Shown: in pieces, positions 47,433 to 60,134 of the stretch
Layout of the letters: each line of letters opens with the position of its first letter
Position numbering within the stretch: the first letter of the stretch is position 1
NCBI GenBank assembly: GCA_052327205.1
Contig: CM126233.1
Coordinates: 36,146,001-36,210,000 of the forward strand
Direction: 5' to 3'
Length of the DNA: 64,000 nt
Origin: Somniosus microcephalus
Taxonomy: Eukaryota
Translations under genes and position numbers: made by a program
The notes under the pieces: generated by a model
The model's input: only the letters and a program-made list of their open reading frames with translations
Told to the model about the DNA's origin: nothing
The model's database searches: none

Positions 47433-49837
47433 TATATCCAAATCAGCCAGTCACACGTGGCGTCACTCAGATGACACGCTACAGAAGAGCCTGTACCTGC
47501 AATTGCATTACTCAACGCCAATCCCATCTCAGGTCAGACGACTCTCACTTGCCTCCTCCCCCACCCTACCTTGCTTCTCCCAAGGTGCTTTTACATTGCA
47601 CAAGATATGTGCTATTGCTGCCAGGTTTCCCAAACTTCGGTCTCACGCAACCCAAATATAAAACTGCTTAGCACCAGCTGTCAGGATGTAAGGAGCCCAA
47701 ATATACTGCTCCACTTGAGTGCTAAACCATCCGTCTCTCTGCAAAGCGCATTCGGTACACTGCAGTCAAAATAAAAACATGTTATTTGAAAGAGTGGGAA
47801 TGAGGGTGGGGGATGAGAGTCTTGTGAACTGGATAATCACCTGTTTTTGATGGTGGCCCTAGCAATTTTGAGGAATGAAAAGCAGTTTTTGGCTGCTACA
47901 GTTAAGGGTTGTGCATGATCGGGCCGGTTTCACACATGGACAGAGCCCCCTTTTTAAAAAAAAAAATGCATGCCCCCATCTGGGTTTGGACTGGGAGGTG
48001 AAATCCCTTAAACCAGGTCATCTGTTACTGATGGAAATTTCTCTCTCCTAGTTACTGAGTCTCAGCTCCATAAATATTTATACAAGTCAACAAAAGCAGA
48101 AAGAATGAAGAAATTATATTTGAAGATATGGGTTGGAATACAGCAGTGACTGGATAAGATAGGATCATGCGAGTGGAATGAACCAGCTATTAATAAAAGC
48201 CAAATATTATGCCATTTTTTTCCCCCCCACTGTAATCCCATTTAAAGCACCATACATAGTTTGATCTTATGGTTCCTGCATAGCTAAGCTCATTCCCATA
48301 ATAGATAGAATTGAGTTCAAGGTCCTAATGAATCAATTTCAATGCTTTAATGATCAGGCACAGTAAATCCATTTTAAGCTGCAGTGAAATTCAAAATTCC
48401 AGCATCTGTCCCCAGAATTAGAAAGCAATGGTATCCATCAACTCAGATCTCATAGCATTTGATCATGGTCTTGTGTAATAAGCAGTTGCCTGGGGATTGG
48501 AGGAGGGAGGAGAGAGGCAGTGTGAATTGAACTCTGAAGTTACATTCCACCCGTGCAAAAGAAATGGCATCATCTACCCATTTTGCATTTCATTGGTTCA
48601 GATTAATCAAACATGTTCGCAGCACAGGAGGCAGCCTTCAGCTCATCGTGCGCGTGCTGGCCCTTTGCAAGAGCAAAAATGCATTGAATCCTGCAGTTAG
48701 CTGGGCCGAACCCTGCCTCGCTATTGTTGACCCCTCTGTACTACGCTTCTCTGTTTCCGACCTCAGCCCTGGGCATCAGGGTCCTTTCCTCTCCTTCCTG
48801 CCCCCCTCAACCCCTCCCAATACCAGGCTCTGCTCCCTCCCAGGCCCAGATTTCACCTGCAATAAACAGCAAATAGCAATAGTATTTCAGAATGGTGAAA
48901 TGCTACACAAAGAGCACCTGGCACACGAGGACAAGTTACAAAACCTTGCAGCAAATTTCAGCATTCCGCAGCATTAAAGATCACATCTGGTCGGCAGATA
49001 CCAATTCTCAATTTTTCTTTATTAAAAATTAAAAGCTTTTGAAAGACAGATCTGTGATCCCCCTGGCCTCAGCCCAATGATTTAGTTCACCCTAACCGTA
49101 CTGTTCAGAGCTCCACCAACTTTTCAGGCCCTTTTACCAAACTGCCTCTGGGATCCCACATGAACGTACAAGAGTCCAACCTGAAATGTTAACAGTCCTC
49201 TCTTTTGGGTGTTGACACACAGCAGGCTCTGTTTTTATTTCAGAATGTGTTATTTTCCTCTTATCTCTACCAAGTCACATATGGCGTCTCCAATCTTTGT
49301 AAACCCATTATAGGTTCTCTTTAATTTGCGTTACTAGGGGGAAACAGACGAATTACTCTGTAGTTTGGCACCAATTGCTACTGCAAATGGAGTATCAGTT
49401 GTGGTTAAGTCTACAAATAAGTCCTTTATCAGCATGAATAGATAACAAAAGGACCGATCGTTTGAGAAAATTGCAAGCAATGTAATGCAGGACTTCAGTC
49501 TCTCTGCAAAGTGCATTCTGTACTCTGCAGTCAAAATAAAAACATTTGCATGTAGGATTAAAAAAAAGTCTCCTCCAGATGTCCTTCCCCGCCAAGTTGG
49601 AATGCAAACTTGGTTTTAATAAAGAAATCAAACCATCAGATTCTTTCATTGCACTGTACTTTGCAATAATACAAACCAAAAGGTTAACTCTGAGCAAAGA
49701 ACAAAAAGGGTTGAGGGGGTGACTGGCTGCTTCAGATTAGCATCCAGGAATGGAAAGAATACGCAAGGCATCTGTTCACTGAATGTGTCTGCAATCCTGT
49801 TGACCACTTCTGAGGTGTCTCTTTCGCACGAGACAGA

Positions 49838-50762
49838 GGGGATGATTTTCGGCGGCGCATTCAGGTGCTAAAGATCCTCAGAGGTGGCCAAGATTGGGTC
49901 TTGAGCTGAAACGCCGGTTTGGCCAGTGTTTAGCGCAAGGCGCCATCTTGGTAAAGGAGTTGAAGCCTGCACGAGGAGCAGCCACCTAGAGGCTCATCAA
50001 GGGGCCGATTGCCGCATAAAATGCCTGCTAGTGCTCATTAAGGAGGCTGCAAGGCATTTTGGTGGGTAGTGCTTGTTCCAACGCCCTCTCCTAATAGTAA
50101 CCAGCTGTTTGGGAGTAAACAAGGCACTGATGTGGATTTCAAGCACTACTTAAAGGGATACTCAGCATTTCATGTTCACTTGCTGAGGGAGCTGTGATAA
50201 GGACCCCTGAAACACATCAGGAGACTTTCTGGGACACTGTCAAGATATCAACACACTAGCAACATTTATTCCGGAAATTGATATTCCACCTTATTAGGAG
50301 TCACCGGAAGGGTGTGCTTGGTCTTGACGAGGAATGGGAGGAGGACATGAGGCCAGGCAGAGCAGCACCAGCTGCTGCAGGAGAGGGGGACAGGAGGGTG
50401 AGGTGGCGTCCTTCCCCCCTGCAGGTAAAAGACATCCCTCCTCCTCTGGACCTCCTCCACCAGAACCTCCAGTGCCAAGTCAGAGAACCTGGTGTGCCCT
50501 CGCCCCCGGAGCCATCCTGCAACATGCTGCTGTGTGCAAGCCTGCGCACGCCACACCTTCAGTGGAAGTGGGTGCGAGGAGCCCAAATATACTGCTCCAC
50601 TTGAGTGCTAAACTTGCAGGTGCGCGGTTTAGCACCTCCAGGCAAGTTGAAATTATGGTAATCAGCAATTAGGACCAAAATTGTGTGCCAAATCCAGACT
50701 TTCAAACAGGCGAGTCTTATTAGCACAGCACCTATTTGCACCCTTTGGCCAAAATAACCCCC
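49838..50762 (-). mobile_element. PIF/Harbinger-like non-autonomous element with a Myb/SANT-like ORF remnant
   Basis: TIRs GGGGATGATTTT and AAAATAACCCCC (10/12 match) with a 3-bp AGA direct repeat on both sides. ORF 50266..50586 contains TRFSDLALEVLVEEVQRRRDVFY, resembling the Harbinger Myb/SANT (NAIF1/MSANTD-like) domain. GC/CpG-rich relative to flanks. Confidence 0.7.
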
Positions 50763-51829
50763 AGAGTCTCCTTGGGGATTGGATTGCACCAATTTCACCC
50801 AGGCCTTCAACAAAGGAGGTGTTTAAAACCTTATAATCGATAAATTATCAACCCTGCAGAATTGAAGACAAATATCCTGGACACTCCAGTGAATAACCTA
50901 GGAGAAAAATCATGGGGGCATTAAGAAAGTGTTACTTTGATTTTCTTTGAATGCTTTTGTTTATTATAAAAAGAGAAATTATAAAAACCATGGAGAGAAA
51001 AAAGGCCGTTTGACTGGGTGAGGCTGTTGGAGGCAAGTGATCATGTGATTGAAACTTCCAGGAATACATCCAACCAGAGTTGGCAACCCTCCATGTAGGG
51101 GAAATGGAATAAAGCAGTACACCAACCTGAAGTACCACAAAAAAAGGTATGTGCATGTTGTATGCAGATGTTTGTAATACACCCAATTATGAAAGTCAGT
51201 GTCTTTACACCATATCTACTGCTAAAATAGACAGCATTTAATCAGTGGAGAAGGGTGCTGCAGTTACACTGCACCTCACTATGGAACTGCGAGAGGGAGA
51301 GGGCCTGCACCCACAACCAGCTCCACCTGTGGGCTCTACCAAGCAAGTGCCGACAAGGAAGTCAGCTCACCCGATTGTGCTACTCTCCTGCTTCTCTTAA
51401 TTAAAAGGAGAATTCACGGTGCCGAAAAGACTGCAGGTTACAGAATATACAGTGAACATAAACCACTTTCCTATTTATTTATTAAGGTAGACAAACTGTG
51501 GAACAAAAACAATGCAACCGGCATGTCTTGCCTGCTTTGCGTGGGAATATTTTTCAAATCTCAGGTCTAATATTTTGCATGTATTGTTTGCCTTTGCCAG
51601 CTGCATCCTGCTGGTTTATTCAAAAAGGGAAATAAACCCACTGCCTTTGTTACTTAAACAAAGTTCAACCAGCGTTCCTGTATTGTGTGTTTCCTTGATT
51701 GGTTTATTAACCTCCTCATCTAATTGAATGGAGATGCTAAATAATGGTGTCACTTATTGCTAAATACTAGAGTCGTCATTTTTTTTTTTTAAAAAGGCAA
51801 AATAAAACAGTAAATATTCAGGGACATTT

Positions 51830-52255
51830 CTCAAAGCACCAACTCTTGCTGGGATACAGTTCCAAGGGCTGCCGCCAGTACCTCACCCAAGTGGCAATTC
51901 TTCATAAGGAGGGAGTCACAGCTAAGCTATACACGGATCTCATCCAACTTCCACACGTGCACTCTCCACCAAGATAGTGAGCAGCAGTGGGACCCCTGGC
52001 TAATTTCTCCTTCCCCTCTCGCCAACTGAGCATCAAAAATTAATTTGCATGGGAATAATTTGCAAATCTCATGTTTAATGTTTTGCATGTATTGTTTGCC
52101 TCTGCCAGCTGCTGGGTTATTCACAGCATCCAACTGCTGTACCTGCCGAGATCAGTTAACCCATTGCAGACCAAGAATCGAACCAGGGGCCTTCCAAATC
52201 TTCTTGGTGCGTTACACTAGGCACCGTATTTACATACTGCGGTATTGGGGAGGCT
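51830..52255 (-). mobile_element. AmnSINE2-like SINE
   Basis: gtacctcacccaagtggcaattcttca...gagatcagttaaccca..gcagaccaagaatcgaaccagggg. Confidence 0.6.
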
Positions 52256-53542
52256 TCAAAGAATCATCTGTATATCTCCTGTGCAACAGACAATCTCAGA
52301 AAAAGTGCAAGACATGGATCAATTTTGAAATGGGTTTATTTCTCTCAAAAGGATTTGCTACACTCTTCAATATTCCAAGCAATTGGAACATTACAAAAGT
52401 CTATATTGTCAGGTATGCCCCTGCTGTGTGCATCCATCACTTTATTCTCAATGCCACTAAGATGTAGATGGTTAAAGTGACTGCTTCCAACAGAGAGTCC
52501 ATCCAAGCAGCGAGTGCTAAACTTTGCAGTCGTGCTCAGTCACCGGCTCGGCACCTAGGGTCGGAAACACTGCATTGCCAACCATGCTGCCTCCATTTCA
52601 AATTAGACTGTGCATCAAGTGGATTGAAGTCAGAATCCACAAAGCCATGGCCAGAAGCTGAAATGCACAAGCAGAATTCAGCCTGGAGTTCCTCAATTAC
52701 AACCACGGTGCTGTGAAAGCTGGGCAACACAAGCTGAAGGGAATGTGTTGGAGACTACGGCAGCACACTGAGGCCTCGAGTATAAAACTGCTTTAAAGTT
52801 CTCTCTTAATTCCCAATGGAATCTGAAGAATTAGCATGGGAGTGGAACCCGAGTTTCAGCCCGCACTCCCACACACTCAATTCTGGTTCCGCCCAATGGA
52901 AATAAACAGGCTCAGTAAGTTCAGCTCATATGTATTTGTAGGCTGGATTTTATTTGTGTGTAAAGCCTACTGAATTACAGCTACCAGGTCACAGGCACCC
53001 AAACTAGTCTGGAAACATTAGAGCAAGCAAATCCAATTCAGTACACAAAAAAAAAGTCAGGCTTTTGAATTGATCCAGGACTAGTTACCAAAACAGAGGT
53101 GTGATGAACCTGAAACATAAATGTGCTCAGAATACTACAGTAGGAATATTCTGTTCACTCAGTAACTACATTTCCAATTATTAATACACTGCCTTATGTG
53201 ATAGTCTTAATTCATCTCAAGTTGTTCCCAGCACCGGCGACAGGCCTGTAACCACTAGTGTTATACAGCTTAAAGTACTCCCTCCAGATACAATCCAAGT
53301 TTGGAAGAAGAGAATCTGTAATTGCACTGCTGGATGTGTTTACCGAAATTCTAGTGACAACACTGCTCATGTTTCCATGAACTCGTGCACAAGACCTTGC
53401 ATTTAACTTGTGAACACAGTTTTTAAACAGAAGCCAATTCCCAGGTTATTAGAAATGACTATAATTTTAAGAGCTGCAGCCACCAAAGCAAAGATCCAAT
53501 TTAATGTAAAAACTATGAATTTAAGCCTGGTCCCATGTGTAC

Positions 53543-53641
53543 CTGAGGGTCCTGTCGCAGTTTATGATGATAATGTGTGTGTTCGGTCAATGATCGTTTC
53601 ACCACCCCTTGATGCCGGAAATGATAGTAATCATCGAAAAT
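53543..53641 (-). CDS. FURIN: Furin coding exon (human exon 3 equivalent, prodomain)
   Basis: 99 nt between an AG at 53642-3 and a GT at 53541-2; translates IFDDYYHFRHQGVVKRSLTEHTHYHHKLRQDPQ, matching the furin prodomain (human IFGDYYHFWHRGVTKRSLSPH...). Confidence 0.95.
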
Positions 53642-54079
53642 CTGCAGAACACAAACACAATGAAGGCCGATTAATCCAAAACCAAAATATTAACTATAAA
53701 AAAAGTCAAGTTCTCTTATGTTCATCAAGTCAAACAAAAGTAACATGAAGCGGAGGAAATCTATGATGCTGTGCAGTATTAAGCAAGACAACTCGGCCTC
53801 TGCTGAGTGAGCCGATCTTAGTCCAGGCAACACCACAGATGCTACAAAGGGCTTCAGTGGCCCAGCTCCGACAGGATGGCAACCAGCACCTGTGGAACCC
53901 ATACCCAAGAGTTGACACCTTCAGGAGAGACACGGATTAGCCTCCAAAACAAACTTGCAATGTTCTAATCCAACCAATGTTCATTAATAACATTCTCCAA
54001 ATCACAAATACATTATCTAAAGATACAAGGTGATTTCAGAATACAGTAAATGTCTTATTTTTATGGCACAGATATGGCA

Positions 54080-55000
54080 AACTTCTCCCTCCCTTCTTGG
54101 CGGAGCTAGCGACCATTGCAGTACAGGGTACCTTACTCTAGCAGCCTTCTTCATATGTGACAGCAGGGTGGCAGGCTATTTGATTACAAAGGGAATCACT
54201 GCTGATCCTCATTTGATTCTCACCTAAGTCCACATCTAACCCTGGATTGTAAGCCTCCATAAGTCAAAAGGAGCAAAGGCCAATTGTAACCAACCGCCCG
54301 TTCCCCACCCCACCACTTCTCCATCGGAGATCTGCTAACTCTCAGATTTGGAATTGAACTTGGGAACTTCTGACGAGTGTGGCTTTGTGCCTTTACTGAT
54401 CAGACCCATCAGGGAGCTGATGGGCTCTTTTCCAAAATGGGGCTTTATCCCTCCCAGGGTATATAGACAGCCAATGGGCTCATGTAAAAACAGCTGGGCA
54501 TAAGTTGGAGGGCATGAAACAGGCAGGAAGGAGTCAGCCTGTAATCAGCAGAGCTTCTGGCTAGATCAAATATTTTCCTACTTGATCAGTTTATGAGCGG
54601 GAAAGTAAACTCAAACAAGCATCAAATGCTGCTTTTGAGAAAGCACACAAGGAGGAACGTTTCACTATATGCAATTAACCATTTCAACAAGTTTACACTG
54701 GCAGGCTTCCTTTGATGGTTCAGTTGATATGCGTCTGCTGTAACGGAGCCACACAGATCAAAAGGTTTACGGTTCAATTCCCAGTTGGTGCAGAGTTAAC
54801 GGATGCCAGCTGGGGCACTAGTTGGCCCCAGTATCCTTGGGCTATTAAAGGAAAATATTATAAAAGACCCTAGGATTCCTGCTTCTGATTATCCAGTGAT
54901 CCCTGCTTGAAAAGTACAAGTGCGCAAGAAAAGAGTCAGACTTGGGTATGTCATATGTGGTGGTAAACTAGCTTGCCGTCACTCATTGTCCAGGCTCCTG
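54080..55000. mobile_element. Head-to-head AmnSINE2-like SINE pair (54080-54420 minus; 54720-55000 plus)
   Basis: ggccaattgta..gagatctgctaactc..ttgaacttggga in the minus copy; ggttcaattccc..gagttaac..tatccagtgatccctgc..gccgtcactcattgtccaggctc in the plus copy. Confidence 0.55.
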
Positions 55001-57136
55001 ACTATTACAAGCCCTCCCAATTGCACCAGCTACAACCGACAGTCTTTATACGAGCTCCCCGACTCGTGGATATCCAGAAACAGCCCTCTCAAAACTGCAC
55101 ATGTATCATCTTGCATATGCAGTGTTAATAAATGGAATGCTACTATATATAAATGAGGTGCCTGAATGTAACGTGCAGCATTAGGAAAGAATTCACCAGC
55201 TCGCCTGATGGGTCAAAGCATTTCCCAGTGAGGAATGGCCATTTGGACGAGATACCAGAATCAACCAGCACACATGGTACCATATGCCAGCATGACTCAC
55301 TGCCTTTAGGATAAAGGAGGGAGGGGAGGAAACCAGAATTTGTTACTTGAATAAGATTTATAATATGAATGAAATCAAATTATTCAATCATCTAATTTGT
55401 TCAGGGGCTCCCACTTACTACAGTACTGTAATTGGGTGATGGGCTAAATCAACTCCTACTGCCAACTAAACATTCTGGCTTTATCTTCTCCATGTGCTTC
55501 TCCCGAGAGGAGAAACACTTGTGAATCATTTACACCCACAAACAACAGCAATATCAAACAATGTCCTGTGACTGCCTGCAGCTGTCTCCAATACTTCATC
55601 TTTGAAGTGACTGAACCATTACTCAGCCCATCACTGATGCAATCTATTTTTACAACTTTACAGCACTCATCAGTACTTGCACTGAACACTAAAGCATACA
55701 GCAAACATTAAACTATTGATAAAGTTGACCAAATAAACATTGAGCTATCACTTTTGCTAAATTGTTAAATACAGGAAAAAAAAAGTTAACTGGACAGCAT
55801 ATTCACCACTTAGTGAAGATACCCTGAATACCATAAACCACTCTTATTGTGCAATATTCTTAGAGCTGATGCTATTATGCAACTTACAGGAATTAGTTTG
55901 GAACGGAACACACAAACAAACATGACCTTGTTGGAATTCCGTCTCCTTTAGCATAGTTGGGTCAGTTTGTGAGCAAAAAATGTTGTGTTCATCAGAAAAT
56001 TGAGAAACTTAATTATTACACTTGTAATTAAGTGTCTAAGTTTATAGTCGAGTGTAGGCACGAGATGGAAATTATGCAGTAAGGGAGGAGAGAGAGCGCG
56101 AGTTCAATCTGTGGCTTGTAGGGCTGGAGGATTTAGAGATAGGGAGGGGAGAAGACACGGAGGGATTTGAAAACAAGGCTGAGAATTTTTAAATTGAGGC
56201 GTTGCCAGACCGGAGGCCAACGTAGGCTATGACTGGATAGATAAGAAATGGACCAATGGATTACAAGGCAATTGGCCAAATAAGGGATTTATGAACAACA
56301 AACTCCAGGAGCAGACTTTATCTGAAGCCCTCTTTTACATGACTACCTCATGTTCCTCTCCTTCTCAGTGCCCTCTATATATTTAGCCCTTGCTGCAAAG
56401 ATTACTGGTTTTGCTCAATTCTCTAATCCATGTGAATTTCTCTTTTATAGAAACTCCCAATTTTTCAGTAAAGTTTAATTCAGTTCAGTAGCTTTAGCAT
56501 TTTTTTTTTTTTTTTTACACATACAATACGTGTGCGCAAATAGCTTCAGGTTCTAAAATGTATAATTTGAGGTTATGAATAAATCCCAACATTTTACAGC
56601 ATCCATTAAAAATGTTAACAGGCAGTTGGTCAGTTCAAATGCTGAAATGCTATAATGGGCAGTTTATACACTGAAGGACTTTAGGGGCACTTCCAGCATC
56701 AGCTATTCTAAATGCTGGTTAGTGAGAGATGCTGAATTTTAGAAATAGATGTGAAAATCTGGAAACTTTTTTGACAATGCGTTATGTTTTAATTTACAGT
56801 AATTGCTGTAGTTGAAGCAAATGTCTAAAGCTAGTAAATTTAGGCTTGGTTGAAAAATTAAGAGTTCCTACAGCAAGGCAAATTCATACTTTACAGGCGA
56901 TGAACTACAGAGAACAAGCACTCTTTGTGAAATGTTTAACACATAAAGAGCACTTGTTGAGTAGAGAGGGATTACAAACTGGTTATTGAGGGATTCAGAT
57001 CATGTTGTCTGCTCTTGGAGTTGGATAACTGCCCAGTGATCCACTGTGTATATTATTTAACCTTACTCATTGTCACTACTTTTCTGCAACTATTGGATGA
57101 TGTAAAAATGCCCATTGCCCACTGGGACTTCCCACT

Positions 57137-57815
57137 GGAAGGTTAGTATGCAGGTACAGCAGGTGATCAGGAAGGCCAATGGAATCTTGGCTTTTATTGC
57201 AAAAGGGATGGAGTATAAAAGCAGGGAAGTCTTGCTTCAGTTATACAGGGTACTGGCGAGGCCACACCTGGAATACTGCGTACAGTTTTGGTTTCCATAT
57301 TTAAGAAAAGATATACTTGCTCTCGAGGCAGTTCAGAGAAGGTTCACTCGGTTGATTCCAGAGATGAGGGGGTTGACTTATGAGGAAAGGTCGAGTAGGT
57401 TGGGACTCTACTCATTGGAGTTCAGAAGAATGAGAGGCGATCTTATCGAAACATAAGATTGTGAGGGGGCTTGATCGGGTGGATGCGGGGAGGATGTTTC
57501 CACTGATGGGTGAGACTAGAACTAGGGGGCATAATCTTAGAATAAGGGGCTGCCCTTTCAAAACTGAGATGAGGAGAAACTTCTTCACTCAGGGTAGTAA
57601 ATCTATGGAATTTGCTACCTCAGGAGAGCTGTGGAAGCGGTGGCATTAAATAAATTTAAAACGGAGATAGACAGTTTCCTAGCTGATAAGGGAATTAGGG
57701 GTTACGGGGAGTGGGCAGGGAAGTGGACGTGAGTCTAGGTTTGGATCAGCCATGATCCTATTGAATGGCGGAGCAGGCCAGAGGGGCCGTATGGCCTACT
57801 CCTGCTTCTTATAGG
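57137..57815 (+). mobile_element. CR1 LINE 3' fragment
   Basis: ORFs 57115..57456 and 57461..57649: KANGILAFIAKGMEYKSREVLLQLYRVLARPHLEYCVQFW...; CR1 3' UTR. Confidence 0.93.
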
Positions 57816-58019
57816 ATTTGATGTTCTCATCCCCAACGCAAGCTGGATTTGCACCTGATACTAGAGTCCAAAATTTTTTTACAACAAGGGGAACTCTTCA
57901 AGTTTATCTTCAAGTGGCCCCACTACATTAATCAAGAATCAAGTGTTATGTTAAAGTGCTCAACAGCAGACTGATTATCCATTTAGAAAACCAGCAGACC
58001 TATGAATAAGGAATAGACC

Positions 58020-58460
58020 TGCTACACCTCAGTGGTAGCACTTTTGCCTCCAAGTGGAGGTTCAAGCTTCAAACTAGGGCTGGAATACATAACCTAGGCT
58101 GGCACTTCAGTGCAGCACTAAGGAGATACTGCATTGTCAGAGGTGCCATCATTTGAACAAAACTTCAAATCGAGGCCGGTCAGGTGGACAGAAAAGATCC
58201 CAAGACATTTTTCGAAGAGGAACATGGAAATTCTCCCAGTGGTCTCCCAAAATTAATCCTACAACCATTACCTCCAAAATAGATTAACTCGTCCTTTAGC
58301 CGATGTGTTATTTGTGGAACCTTGCTGTGCACAAACTGGTTACGGTGTTTGCCTACCTGAGAATAGTGACTGCACTTTGAAAGTAAGTCTTTGGCTGTGA
58401 AGTGCTTTTGACTTCCTGAGGATATGACAGGCACAGTATAAATGCACGTTCCTTTTTTTG
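58020..58460 (+). mobile_element. Deu-domain SINE (SacSINE1-like)
   Basis: CTCAGTGGTAGCAC..GGTTCAAG head, GCAGCACTAAGGAGATACTGCATTGTCAGAGGTGCC core and a TATAAATGCA tail. Confidence 0.75.
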
Positions 58461-59619
58461 CAATTTATGATAAATACATCTGTAGTTTTCCAAAATCCAC
58501 CATTCTAATTTTGGATGGCAGGGTGAGGGAGAGCAGTCCCACTTTGCATTGCACCAAATAATAGCATACAGAATAGGTCTTTGTATTACACAAAGCAGCA
58601 GCATCAGGTTCAGAATAACCTGCCAATAACAATATTTACAGGACTCAAATTACTTGGTGTTCTCATAATACTCAAGTTACTGTGTTCCTGTACAATATTT
58701 TAACAATGTCAAACAGAAAGATGCCACGTCTCATTCACATTATTGTGATAGCACAGTACAAAAAGTGCACCTGTACGTCACAAACATAGGTCATATTTAG
58801 AGTAGGATTCCAGGCCCATAGTTCAACCTTTTGATTTGAATCTACACAGGTGCACGGAGCAAATTTGTCTTACTTGTACAGTCAATAGAGCATGGCCACA
58901 TTGTTGTAATGATGCCACACACAAGGTTCAAATGAAAATCCAAATAAATCACCATGGTGAAATAAGAACATGAACTCAGAGAACACAATTTCACATACAC
59001 TTTATCCTACCACCATTATAAAATCTACCATGGCTGTGGATCTATTTTAATCAGCTATTAAGTCAAACCATCTTCACCATCAAACCAATGCCAGATTACA
59101 AAAGGTTTCAAGTTCAGTACCTAGTTGGCAAATTTAAATAACGGCCTACAGTTTGAGTCAAAAACAGAACCAGCATTAGTAAGAGTAAGGAGACAACTTG
59201 GACTGGTCAATGACGTTACGTTACTATTTTCTGTATAACTTCTATCAATTAATTTACTGGTTAGCAAATTCGAAATCTCAGGAGTGTATAATAGCAATAA
59301 AAAAGGTAGTAGTCATTTAAGAGGCAGGATTATATGAAGAATAACATTATAAAACAAAATAAAATGAGTGGGAACAATACAACAAGGCACCTGTGAAAGT
59401 GATTCTATAATACTAAAGAAAAAGAAAATTCTGGAACTGCACAACTCAATCAGCAATAACATTCCAGATGTAGGGTCACCATCTGAAATGTTAATGTGTC
59501 TTTTTGTGAAACTCCAACGGACGCTAAGCTTTCATAACAAATACAGAGAGAAAGGAAGCAGTTCGGAGGTCCTCAGCGCCTAGCTTGGGAAAAGGGAGGA
59601 TATGAAGGACAGTTGAGGG

Positions 59620-59850
59620 AAGAGTGGGCTGGCTATGGCACGGAGAGCACCATGTTTCTCTTCTAATAGGGTCATGGCATCTTTAACATCCATGTGGAGC
59701 AAGCAAACCGGGCCTCAAATTAACATCTCATCCAACCGTGACACATTTAACAATGCAGCACTCCCTCAAGTGTTGCCATGAAGTGTCAACCTTGAGTGAG
59801 GCTTGACCTTCTGACTCAGGAGAGTGCCACCGACTGAGCTAACCCGACAC
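59620..59850 (-). mobile_element. Deu-domain SINE fragment
   Basis: ttaacatctcatcc..caatgcagcactccctca..ttctgactcaggagagtgc. Confidence 0.65.
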
Positions 59851-60134
59851 TACAAATCAGCAGGAAGACAACCGAGGAAGGAAAGAAGTTTGAGGTCCTG
59901 GTAAAGAATGAGTTTGAGAAGGGCACACTGCAATGAGTCTTGATTTGTCAGTGAGGATGCAAGGAGAAGGTAGTTGTGTAGGATAGAAAAACTTCAAGTA
60001 CTGAATAATGGGAGAGGAAAGCTCAAGGACCAATGACTATGGTAGTAGTACAGGAGAGTGACAGAGACAAAGAATGAAAGAGAATGAATGAAGTTACAGA
60101 GCAGTACAACTGGGTAAAACTATAAAAAGCTAGA

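Noticed and set aside
18933-53641. Assignment to PCSK4, PCSK5 or PCSK6 instead of furin
   Set aside because: A short Cys-rich region, TM helix and YKG-plus-acidic-cluster tail in one terminal exon ending QSVL, with exon sizes matching furin, argue for furin.
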